Shown in pieces: positions 1 to 8,363 of a stretch of 64,000 nucleotides of DNA. The notes below the pieces were generated by a model. It saw only the letters and a list, made by a program, of their open reading frames with translations. It did not search any database and was not told the DNA's origin. Origin of the DNA: an uncultured Enterovirga sp. (GTDB lineage Bacteria > Pseudomonadota > Alphaproteobacteria > Rhizobiales > Beijerinckiaceae); the NCBI GenBank assembly GCA_964244795.1, contig CAXTKM010000001.1:318-64317 (forward strand), in the 5' to 3' direction. How positions within the stretch are numbered: the first letter of the stretch is position 1; each line of letters starts with the position of its first letter. Both the position numbers and the translations under genes were made by a program.

Positions 1-12
1 TCAAGGAAACGC

Positions 13-86
13 CAGCATGCTCTAGCTTGGTGTAAACGCATGCTGTTTCGGGAAACCGGTTTCCACTTTCCCGCAGCATGCTCTAG
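13..86. repeat. Rhizobiales-type palindromic intergenic repeat (CAGCATGCTCTAG ends), probably truncated by the window edge
   Basis: CAGCATGCTCTAG occurs at 13-25 and 74-86; the hairpin GCATGCTG..CGGGAAA / TTTCCCG CAGCATGC spans 38-81. Confidence 0.65.
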
Positions 87-271
87 CCACCTCGCTGCGT
101 CACCGGCTTCGATCGCCCGTCGATGCGCGGCTTGGAACGCGAGGGATCCAGAGCGATTTCAAGCTTCGAGATCAGATCGCTCTGCAGCGCTGGCAATTGT
201 CTTTGACTGGGGACGATGAAGACGTGGCGCAGGCACGCGCCGATCGTCTCCTGAACCGATCGATCGAGCAT
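83..271 (-). CDS. small protein, NepR-like anti-sigma factor candidate
   Basis: 62 aa; LDRSVQETIGACLR...LP...DLISKLE resembles the NepR core pattern (Q..IG..LR..Y/F.....P..F.DLL..L). Confidence 0.45.
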   Translation of the reverse strand: MLDRSVQETIGACLRHVFIVPSQRQLPALQSDLISKLEIALDPSRSKPRIDGRSKPVTQRGG

Positions 272-448
272 ATGGTGCTCTTATGATGCCGTCGCGACGT
301 CTCGGCCGCGCCTCTTCGTCTCGGCTGAAGATGATGAAATTTCCGTAACCGCCGCCCCTTGGCCGTGCGTGTCGACAGCCGGACCGTGAGAGAGAGAGAA
401 GGGGAGACCTGCACGAGGTCTCATCCCTGCTGAGGGGGGAGCCGCGGG

Positions 449-856
449 TTACGAGCCGACGCCTGCCTTGAGCGATGCCTCCACCGCCTCGACCGCGGTG
501 AACACGGCCGGGCACGGCTGTCCGCGTCCGAGGGCCTGTCGTCTGTGGGCGACCACGATCAGCTTCTGGCGCAGCCGCGTGAGGTTCAGGGTTCGCTGCG
601 GCGCCCTGTCCAGGACCGCCGAATGCAGGTGCATGATGTCGATCAGCCGGATCATATCGAACTTGCACCCGATGGCCTGGCCGAGGATCCCGCTCTGCCA
701 CAGCAAGCCTTGAAGTGGTTCGGGCGCGTCCGTGAGTTGTTGGCGCAGCCCGGTCCGGACCATCCCGAGCCTATCGGCGATCGCGCCCAAACCCACCACG
801 ATCACGAGCAATACGCCGAACCTGATCACGTTGCATACCTCGGCTGGAGGTGGCAT
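449..856 (-). CDS. hypothetical protein with N-terminal membrane anchor
   Basis: 135-aa ORF with a hydrophobic stretch (FGVLLVIVVGLGAIA) and normal composition, unlike the shadow ORFs. Confidence 0.5.
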   Translation of the reverse strand: MPPPAEVCNVIRFGVLLVIVVGLGAIADRLGMVRTGLRQQLTDAPEPLQGLLWQSGILGQAIGCKFDMIRLIDIMHLHSAVLDRAPQRTLNLTRLRQKLIVVAHRRQALGRGQPCPAVFTAVEAVEASLKAGVGS

Positions 857-1306
857 GGCCGCGGACTGTTTTTGCCGTTACGATCCGCAGATGACCGCGA
901 CTGGTCGGTTTCGCTCTGACCTTGCCCTGTATCGTTCTCGATTTCGTCACTTATCTCTTGGGGAAGAAACGGTCGCGCAACCTGAAGTGTCTCAATCGAG
1001 ATTGAGATCGTCAAGACGATTGTCGGCCACCGATACGAGGCCTCGTTCTATCGGCGAACCGCGCGACAGCGGCGGCACTTGCCTCGCCCTCGACCCCGGA
1101 TCGCCTTTCCTGCACGCATGCTTGGCGACGCTCTTCGCGTGGGGGCTCTCGTCGTGCTAACTGGCCGCAGATCTCGCGCAAACTGTGGGTGTCGGATCAG
1201 ACCGGTGCCGGAGCCGGTTCATCGTCATTCACCGCCCGGATGGAGATCCGCGAAAGCACACCGCGCCCCAGGGGTGACGAACGCCGCGCGGTCCTCGGCG
1301 GACCGG

Positions 1307-2599
1307 CTAACGCCTGCCGCCCGTCACCGCGCGAACGGGGGCGCCGGCCAGGTCGACCGTCGAACCCACCGTGTCGCGAAGGCCCGAACCGACATTCGAA
1401 AGGTGCTCGCCGAAGGTCTCGCGCGTTTGCGGGTCGATGATCGACACCGGTGCCGCCACCGCGAGCGCGGCTCCGGTCGCAACCGTCGAGGCGGCACCGG
1501 CCGCCGTGCTCACCAGCCGGTCGCCGATGCCGATTTGGCCGTCCGAGATCGGCTGCCCGTCGGAGAGCCGCTTTCCGAGCAGCGCCACGACGTCGCCCGA
1601 GGCGAACTTGCCGTGGTTCAAAGCATCGTCCGACTTGACCGACGACAGGTTCAGCACGGCGACGTTCTCGCGCTCCAGCTCCGATCGGTAGGGTTCGACC
1701 GTAGGGTCGATGGCGCCGAGCCGCACGGAGTCGCCCCAGATCAGGCGCGAAACCGCGAGCGCCTGGTCGTCGCTGGAGACCATCAGGGTCAGCCGGGGCC
1801 GGTTCTTGCCCATGTCGTGGAAGGCGGCGCGCGCGAGATCCATGTCGACGTCCGGAGCAGCCAGGATGACGTTGCGGATCTTCGGAGCGACGCGATTGTC
1901 GCGGATCGCCATCTGGCGCAGGCTTTCCAGGGCCAGCCAGTTGCCCATGGAATGGGCGAGCACCGTCACCTCGCCGACGTTCGGGTCCTTGGCGAGGTCG
2001 CGCAGCAAGGTCTCGAGCCCGTTGCGCGAGAAGTTGGTGCTCTCGCGGTCGTATCCGTAGGCCAGAACGGAGCCGCGCGACGGCCACGCGAACAGGACGG
2101 GCGCGACCTGGGCGCCGGAATCGTGGACGATCTGGGCGAAGCGGAAAACGGCGTCCTCGAACCTGTTGTTGAAGCCGTGAACGAACACGAGGACATGGCG
2201 CTTGGCTCCCCGCCCGACGGCGCGTCTCGTCCAGGCGGAGACCTTGGATCGGTCAAGGGGATCGGCCCGGAGGGCGACGAAATCGGTGGCCGGGTTGCCC
2301 GGCACCGTTTCGGGCCACTGGACGGAGCCGGGCTGGCGGGTGGCGTCCGGTGGGATCGAGACGGACAGATCGGTGTAGGTCACCGACTCGCCGCGTTCGC
2401 CGGAGAACAGCACGCCGCGGTCGGTCGCGGACTTTCGGGTGGTGGCGATCAGCATGTCGACGCGCGAGGTGCCCGGAACCTGGCTGGTGCCGGCGATCGG
2501 CAGGAGAACACCGGTCGGGCGCCCGGCGCAGGCCGACAGGAAGGGAGAGAGCAAGAGGGCCAGCCCGATGCACGCCCTCCATCCAAGCCGTCCGAACAT
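1307..2599 (-). CDS. alpha/beta-hydrolase lipoprotein (DUF900 esterase/lipase family)
   Basis: Lipobox LSAC; VFVHGFNN oxyanion motif; AHSMG nucleophile elbow; LAAPDVD; LNHGKFA. Confidence 0.88.
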   Translation of the reverse strand: MFGRLGWRACIGLALLLSPFLSACAGRPTGVLLPIAGTSQVPGTSRVDMLIATTRKSATDRGVLFSGERGESVTYTDLSVSIPPDATRQPGSVQWPETVPGNPATDFVALRADPLDRSKVSAWTRRAVGRGAKRHVLVFVHGFNNRFEDAVFRFAQIVHDSGAQVAPVLFAWPSRGSVLAYGYDRESTNFSRNGLETLLRDLAKDPNVGEVTVLAHSMGNWLALESLRQMAIRDNRVAPKIRNVILAAPDVDMDLARAAFHDMGKNRPRLTLMVSSDDQALAVSRLIWGDSVRLGAIDPTVEPYRSELERENVAVLNLSSVKSDDALNHGKFASGDVVALLGKRLSDGQPISDGQIGIGDRLVSTAAGAASTVATGAALAVAAPVSIIDPQTRETFGEHLSNVGSGLRDTVGSTVDLAGAPVRAVTGGRR

Positions 2600-2862
2600 C
2601 GACGCCACCGAACAACCGCTCCCACGAGACCCGGACGAGCACGGTCCACAGACCGCCGGAACGCGAAACGCCTAAGATGCGATTGCGGCGGCAAACGGGT
2701 TGGTTCCGAGAACGCTCGGCTCCGTGTCGTATGAGCAACGCTGCCGTCCGTTGGTCGGAGGCTCAGGTGCCATCGGGGAGCGAGGGACGACGCGAATTTT
2801 CCCCGGCCACGTCCGCGATCCGACGGTCGCGGGGGTACCGCGGCCGCGGGAGGGCCGCCTCG

Positions 2863-4203
2863 CTAGCGCGTGGGTGTGCCGACGGCCGCGGATTTGATGG
2901 CCGGAGTGACCCGCCAGACGGTGTTGCCGACGTCGTCCGCCACCAAGAGCGCGCCATTCCGGTCGATGGCGACGCCCACGGGCCGGCCGCGGGTCTTGGC
3001 GTCGTCCGAGACGAAGCCCGTCACCACGTCCTGAGGGTCACCCGTCGGGCGGCCATTCTCGAAGGGCACGAACACGACCTTGTACCCGACCGGCGGATCG
3101 CGGTTCCAGCTCCCGTGAAGGCCGATGAAGACGCCGTTCTGAAAGGGCGCCGCCACCTTCGTGCCCTGACTGAAGGCCAGCCCGAGCGGCGCCATATGCG
3201 AGCCGAGCCCGTAATCGGGACGGATCGCCTTCGCGACCAAGTCCGGCCGCTGCGGCTGGGCCCGGATGTCGACATGCTGGCCCCAGTAGCTGTACGGCCA
3301 GCCGTAGAAGCCGTTGTCCTGCACCGAGGTCAGGTAGTCTGGGACGAGGTCTGGCCCGATCTCGTCTCGTTCGTTGGCGACCGCCCAGAGCTTGCCGGAG
3401 GTCGGCTCGAAGGCGAGACCGGTCGGATTGCGGACCCCTCCCGCATAGAGCCGCTTCGCTCCGCTGATACGGTCCACCTCGAAGATGGCCGCACGGTCCT
3501 GCTCGACCCCGATCCCGTTCTCCGTGACGTTGCTGTTCGAGCCCACGCCGACGTAGAGCTTCGAGCCGTCCGGGCTCGCGGTCATCGCCTTGGTCCAGTG
3601 ATGATTGGGCGATTGAGCCGGCAGGTCGGTCAGCGTCTCGCCCGGAATCGAGATCTGCGTGTCACCTTCCTTGTAGGGGAAGCGCAGGATGGCGTCGGTG
3701 TTCGCGACGTAGAGGTCGTTGCCGACGAGAGCGACACCGTAGGGCGACTTCAAGTGGTCGATGAAGACCGTCCTGAGCTCCGGCACGCCGTCGCCGTCCT
3801 GGTCGCGCAGGAGGCTGATCCGCTGTCCGGCGGGCGCGCCCGTGCCGGCCAACCCTTTGATCTTGCCCGCGATATAGTCCTTCGCGCGGTAGAGCGGGCC
3901 GCCCGTGCTGTTCGATTCCACCACCAGCACGTCCCCATTCGGAAGCGGGTAGACGATGCGAGGATGGAGAAATCCCGTCGCGAACGCCTGGACACGCATG
4001 CCGGCCGGCACGGTGGGCAGCTCGCCGGCGCTCCAGCCTCGGGCCGGCATGACCTTCATGGACGGCAGCAGATGGCTCTGCGGCTCCGGAAGCTTCGGAT
4101 CGCCACCGAACTGAGTGCGCGGATCGGCGGTTTGCTCGTTGCAGCCGGCCAGCGCCAGGGTCGAGAGGACGACGAGGGTTCCTGGGGAGAGATGGCGGGT
4201 CAT
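2863..4203 (-). CDS. PQQ-dependent sorbosone/glucose dehydrogenase family lipoprotein
   Basis: Start MTRHLS; lipobox LAGC; HPR, NHHWTK, VGVGSNSN, GVRNP, NERDEIGPDLVPDY, HGSWNR and GRPVGV motifs. Confidence 0.9.
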   Translation of the reverse strand: MTRHLSPGTLVVLSTLALAGCNEQTADPRTQFGGDPKLPEPQSHLLPSMKVMPARGWSAGELPTVPAGMRVQAFATGFLHPRIVYPLPNGDVLVVESNSTGGPLYRAKDYIAGKIKGLAGTGAPAGQRISLLRDQDGDGVPELRTVFIDHLKSPYGVALVGNDLYVANTDAILRFPYKEGDTQISIPGETLTDLPAQSPNHHWTKAMTASPDGSKLYVGVGSNSNVTENGIGVEQDRAAIFEVDRISGAKRLYAGGVRNPTGLAFEPTSGKLWAVANERDEIGPDLVPDYLTSVQDNGFYGWPYSYWGQHVDIRAQPQRPDLVAKAIRPDYGLGSHMAPLGLAFSQGTKVAAPFQNGVFIGLHGSWNRDPPVGYKVVFVPFENGRPTGDPQDVVTGFVSDDAKTRGRPVGVAIDRNGALLVADDVGNTVWRVTPAIKSAAVGTPTR

Positions 4204-4652
4204 GAGCGGGCGCCTCGGGCTTCGGGCAGAGCACCAACGGGATGGGAGACGAGGGACCAGCCACCGCCGATGCCCACCACGAGAAGGAGAACTGCCACGA
4301 CCGCCGAGAGCGTGATCCCTTCCGGGATCACGGCCGTGTAGGCGTCGCGGCTGTGGATGAACGCGTTCAGCACCCCGAGGAGGACTGCCACGGCGAGGCC
4401 CGCGAAACGCAGCCACGCCACCCGCCCGACTCGACCCCGCGCCAAGTCTACGACGAAAGCGATCGCTGCCAGCAGTGCCAGGATCAGTCCGCCTGTCAGC
4501 AGCCATCCGGAGAAGTTGTTGTACTGGAACAGCAACGTCTCCCAGTAGAGGTAGTCGGTGAAGAGTGTCGCGATGAGCAAGGTCGCGCCCGCTCCGACGA
4601 GGCCCGGATGGAGAAGCCGCCGCCGAGATCCTGAGATGTCTTTTCCCGTCAT
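4200..4652 (-). CDS. DUF2231 membrane protein
   Basis: LHPGLV start, four hydrophobic helices, NAFIHSRDAY motif; stop overlaps the dehydrogenase start; GGAGG upstream. Confidence 0.8.
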   Translation of the reverse strand: MTGKDISGSRRRLLHPGLVGAGATLLIATLFTDYLYWETLLFQYNNFSGWLLTGGLILALLAAIAFVVDLARGRVGRVAWLRFAGLAVAVLLGVLNAFIHSRDAYTAVIPEGITLSAVVAVLLLVVGIGGGWSLVSHPVGALPEARGARS

Positions 4653-4741
4653 GTCGCCTCCGGACCGCGCTGAGGTTTGAACGATGAAGAGGCCAGCCAA
4701 CGCCTCGAGCGCCGGATGGTCGACGTCGCGAATGCGGGTCC

Positions 4742-4767
4742 AATGCCTCTCCCGCGATGCAAGTTCC
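4742..4767 (-). promoter_or_regulatory. putative EcfG/sigmaT (general stress response) promoter
   Basis: Minus strand reads GGAAC-N17-CATT about 90 nt upstream of the DUF2231/dehydrogenase operon. Confidence 0.4.
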
Positions 4768-4887
4768 GGGAACGGGTCGGGCCGCGGCAATGCGTTCCGT
4801 GGCGGACCGAGAACCAGCTTGCACGAGCGGCGTTGCCGCATCGGAAGCGCGTCCTCGCGTCGGGGACGGCCGCGAAGGAGAGCCATC

Positions 4888-4980
4888 ATGGCGTGGGAAG
4901 CACCGGTCGTCAGCGAGATCGAAGTCGGGATGGAGGTCACCGCCTACGTGTCCTCCGAGGGTGACGATCAGATCGATTGA
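4888..4980 (+). CDS. pqqA: PQQ precursor peptide PqqA
   Basis: AAGGAG RBS, then MAWEAPVVSEIEVGMEVTAYVSSEGDDQID with the E-x-x-x-Y core, directly upstream of pqqB. Confidence 0.95.
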   Translation: MAWEAPVVSEIEVGMEVTAYVSSEGDDQID

Positions 4981-5888
4981 GCTCCGGCCAGCCCCGGGCG
5001 ATCGTCCTTGGCGCTGCGGCCGGCGGCGGGTTCCCGCAATGGAACTGCCGCTGCCGCGTGTGCAGCCTGGCCTGGGCCGGCGACCCGCGTGTCCGTCCGC
5101 GCACCCAGGCCGGATTCGCGGTGACCGGGAACGGCCTGGACTGGATCCTGGTCCACGCGTCTCCGGATATCGGCCAGCAGATCCGGGCGACGCGCGAACT
5201 CTGGCCGACGGTGGACGGTCGGCATTCGCCGATCGTCGGTGTCATCCTGACGAACGCCGAGGTCGATGGTTGCGTCGGTCTGCTGACCTTGCGCGAGCAG
5301 CAGGCCTTCCGGCTCTTCGCGACCCGGGCCGTGCACGCGGCTCTCGACGCCTCGACCGTCTTCGAGGCGCTCGACCGATCGCTGGTCGAGCGGGTCATCG
5401 TCGACGCAGGTTCGAGCTTCGAGGCCGCCGGCCTCACGTTCCGCCTGATCGCCGTTCCCGGGAAATCGCCGCTCTACGCCGAGGGCACCGAGCCCGGGAT
5501 CGGCAGCGAGGCGGGCGAGACGGCCGGCCTCCTGGTGGAGGGAGGCTCGGTATCGCTCGCCTATCTTCCGGGCTGCGAACATCTGAGCGAAACGGTGCTG
5601 ACGCTTTGCGAGCGGGCCGGCGCGGTCCTGTTCGACGGCACGCTCTTCGCTGACGACGAACTCCTCGCCGCCGGGCTCGGCACCAAGACGGGCAGGCGAA
5701 TGGGACACATGCCGATCTCGGGTCCGGGCGGGTCCCTCGAGAGCCTTCGGCAATGGCCCGCGCGGCGGAAGATCTACGTGCACATCAACAACACGAACCC
5801 GGTCCTGATCGAAGGCTCGCCGGAGCGGGCCGCCGTCGAAGCCGCCGGCATCGAAGTGGCCCACGACGGCATGGAGATCGGGCTGTGA
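4977..5888 (+). CDS. pqqB: PQQ biosynthesis protein PqqB
   Basis: LGAAAGGGFPQWNCRCRVC, ASPDI, FDGT, RMGH and HINNTNP motifs; TTG start overlaps the pqqA stop. Confidence 0.95.
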   Translation: MSSGQPRAIVLGAAAGGGFPQWNCRCRVCSLAWAGDPRVRPRTQAGFAVTGNGLDWILVHASPDIGQQIRATRELWPTVDGRHSPIVGVILTNAEVDGCVGLLTLREQQAFRLFATRAVHAALDASTVFEALDRSLVERVIVDAGSSFEAAGLTFRLIAVPGKSPLYAEGTEPGIGSEAGETAGLLVEGGSVSLAYLPGCEHLSETVLTLCERAGAVLFDGTLFADDELLAAGLGTKTGRRMGHMPISGPGGSLESLRQWPARRKIYVHINNTNPVLIEGSPERAAVEAAGIEVAHDGMEIGL

Positions 5889-6616
5889 CCGCCGTGCTGT
5901 CGCCGGACCAGCTCGAAGATCGCCTCCGCGAGATCGGGAGCGCGCGCTACCACGACAGGCACCCGTTCCATCATCGGCTGCATTCGGGCGCCTGCAGCAG
6001 GGACGAGGTCGGGGCCTGGGCGCTCAACCGCTACTACTACCAGTCCCGGATCCCGCGGAAGGACGCGACAATCCTCGCCCGGATCGAGGATCCGGCCCTG
6101 CGGCGCGCCTGGCGCACGCGCATCATCGACCACGACGGCTCGGCCGAGGGCGAAGGCGGGATCGCGAAATGGCTCGTGCTCACGGCGTCGCTCGGTTTCG
6201 ACCCGGACTATGTGGCCTCGACGCGCGGCATCCTGCCGGGCACGCGGTTCGCGGTCGACGCCTATCTGACGCTCGTGCGGGACCGCTCGCTCCTCGAGGC
6301 GATCGCTTCGTCGCTGACGGAAATGTTCTCGCCCAAGATCATCGCGGAACGCGTGCAGGGCATGCTGGCGGCGTACGATTTCGTAAGCCCCGACACGCTC
6401 GCCTATTTCACGGCCAGGCCCGAACAGGCCGGCCGCGATGTCGAGGTCGCCCTCGCCTATGTCAGAGAGCATGCCCGCACGCCGGAGACGCAGCAGGCCG
6501 TCCAGGCGGCTCTGCTGACCAAGTGCGATATCCTTTGGGCGATGCTCGATTCCCTCGAACACGCCTACGCCGTTCCGGGCCATATTCCCCCGGGCGCCTG
6601 GACCCCGGCCGGATGA
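5885..6616 (+). CDS. pqqC: pyrroloquinoline-quinone synthase PqqC
   Basis: RYHDRHPFH, WALNRYYYQ, RIIDHDG, TRFAVDAY and ASSLTEMF motifs; GTG start overlaps the pqqB stop. Confidence 0.95.
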   Translation: MTAVLSPDQLEDRLREIGSARYHDRHPFHHRLHSGACSRDEVGAWALNRYYYQSRIPRKDATILARIEDPALRRAWRTRIIDHDGSAEGEGGIAKWLVLTASLGFDPDYVASTRGILPGTRFAVDAYLTLVRDRSLLEAIASSLTEMFSPKIIAERVQGMLAAYDFVSPDTLAYFTARPEQAGRDVEVALAYVREHARTPETQQAVQAALLTKCDILWAMLDSLEHAYAVPGHIPPGAWTPAG

Positions 6617-6891
6617 ACCTGACCGGCGGCGCCTCGCGACCCCGGCTGTCCCGCGGTGTGCGGCTGCACGAGGACGCAGCTCGCGGCTGCACGGTGCTTC
6701 TCGCGCCGGAGCGGGTGCTGAACCCGAGCCCGACCGCCATCGAGATCCTGCGACGCTGCGACGGCGAGCGGCAGGTCGAGACCATCGTGGCCGAGCTGGC
6801 TGCGATCTACCGGGCCGACGAGACGAGGATCGGGGCGGATGTGCGCGCCCTCCTCGACGACCTCTCGTCCAAGGGGATCGTCGAGCTGTGA
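6613..6891 (+). CDS. pqqD: PQQ peptide chaperone PqqD
   Basis: RPRLSRGVRL, VLLAPERV and EILRRCDG motifs; 92 aa between pqqC and pqqE. Confidence 0.92.
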   Translation: MNLTGGASRPRLSRGVRLHEDAARGCTVLLAPERVLNPSPTAIEILRRCDGERQVETIVAELAAIYRADETRIGADVRALLDDLSSKGIVEL

Positions 6892-8006
6892 GCGACATCG
6901 ATCCGCCTCTCGGGCTGCTGGCGGAGTTGACGCATCGGTGTCCGCTCTCCTGTCCGTATTGCTCCAACCCCGTCGACCTCGAGCGCCGCTCGGCCGAGCT
7001 CGACACCGGGACCTGGATCCGGGTCTTCGCGGAGGCGGCCGCGATGGGCGTGCTCCAGCTCCACCTCTCCGGTGGCGAGCCGACGGCGAGGCGCGACATC
7101 GTCGAGCTGACGCGTGCCGCGGCGCGTAGCGGCCTCTACACGAACCTCATCACCTCCGGGATCGGCGTCACGAGCGAGCGCCTCGCGGCGCTGGCCGAGG
7201 CCGGGTTGGATCACCTGCAGCTCTCCGTCCAGGACGTGCTGCCGGCCGAGGCCGACAGGATCGCGGGGCTCGCCGGATCGCATGCCGCGAAACGCGAGGT
7301 CGCCCTCGCCACGGTCGAGGCGGGCCTTGCGCTGACCATCAACGGGGTGGTGCACCGGGGCAACGTCGACCGCATCACCCAACTCGTCGAGGACGCCGTG
7401 GAGCTTGGGGCGGGACGGATCGAGATCGCGCACACGCAATATCACGGCTGGGCCTCTCGGAATCGCGCGTTCCTGATGCCGACGCGCGACCAGGTCGTCC
7501 GCGCGCGCGACACGGTGGCGGCCTTGAGGACCACCTATGCCGGCCGGATCTCGATCGATTACGTGCCGGCCGACTACTACGCTCGCTACCCGAAGCCGTG
7601 CATGAACGGCTGGGGTCGGCGGACACTGAACGTGACCCCGAGCGGGCACGTCCTGCCCTGTCACTCGGCCGCGACCATCCCTGGTCTCGTCTTCGCGAAC
7701 GTGCGGGACCAGCCGCTCCGCGAGATCTGGACCTCCTCACCGGCCTTCGGGGCATTTCGCGGCACGGACTGGATGCGCGAGCCCTGCTCCTCCTGCGCCC
7801 GCAAAGAGATCGACTTCGGCGGGTGCCGCTGCCAGGCCCTGGCTCTCACCGGAGATGCCCGCAACACGGATCCGGTCTGCACGCTGTCGCCGTTCCGCCC
7901 GTTGATCGATGCAGCCCGCGTGTCCGAGGCCGCGTCCGACTTCGAACAGCGAGGGTTCGCCGCCTCGGGAACGCCTCGGCGCGTCTCGAACCCGATCTCG
8001 ACCTGA
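6888..8006 (+). CDS. pqqE: radical SAM PqqA peptide cyclase PqqE
   Basis: LAELTHRCPLSCPYCSNP (CxxxCxxC), LSGGEP, KPCMNGWG, SPASM cysteines DFGGCRCQA. Confidence 0.97.
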   Translation: MSDIDPPLGLLAELTHRCPLSCPYCSNPVDLERRSAELDTGTWIRVFAEAAAMGVLQLHLSGGEPTARRDIVELTRAAARSGLYTNLITSGIGVTSERLAALAEAGLDHLQLSVQDVLPAEADRIAGLAGSHAAKREVALATVEAGLALTINGVVHRGNVDRITQLVEDAVELGAGRIEIAHTQYHGWASRNRAFLMPTRDQVVRARDTVAALRTTYAGRISIDYVPADYYARYPKPCMNGWGRRTLNVTPSGHVLPCHSAATIPGLVFANVRDQPLREIWTSSPAFGAFRGTDWMREPCSSCARKEIDFGGCRCQALALTGDARNTDPVCTLSPFRPLIDAARVSEAASDFEQRGFAASGTPRRVSNPIST

Positions 8007-8135
8007 GGCCGGTCCGGGAACCAGCCGTGAAGGCCGCCGGGCCTGTTGCGCGCACCCCACAATCGAGGCAGCTTCGACGACCGGACGACGCGACCGCGCA
8101 GCCAGCCTCGAACGATGCGAGCCCGAGCATCCCGA

Positions 8136-8363
8136 ATGCACGACCACGCCCCCAGCCCCGATCGCTCCGCCGTGACAGCGGCCGAATTCGACTCCGCGCT
8201 TCGGAGGGCCGGGCTGACGGTGGAGCGTGAGCGTCGTTCGGCGATGCTGGAATCCTACGAACGCTACCTCGAGATGGTCGGCGTGCTGGCCGAGGAGCAG
8301 GCGTGCGAGGCCGAGCCGTCCCTGGTGCTGGATCTCGCGCGCGCATCCGGAGCCGCGTCATGA
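8136..8363 (+). CDS. small helical amidase partner (AtzG/GatC-like)
   Basis: 75 aa, ALRRAGL...EPSLV pattern; stop overlaps the amidase ATG. Confidence 0.65.
   Translation: MHDHAPSPDRSAVTAAEFDSALRRAGLTVERERRSAMLESYERYLEMVGVLAEEQACEAEPSLVLDLARASGAAS

Noticed and set aside
388-399. (GA)6 dinucleotide run as a phase-variation tract
   Set aside because: It is short, intergenic and not tied to a recognisable promoter or reading frame.
2350-4341. 663-aa plus-strand ORF
   Set aside because: It is an antisense shadow of the sorbosone dehydrogenase gene, Arg/Pro-rich with no motifs, as expected in high-GC DNA.
4769-4796. GGAAC...CGTT as an EcfG promoter for pqqA
   Set aside because: The spacer is 19 nt rather than 16-17; kept only as an inverted repeat.
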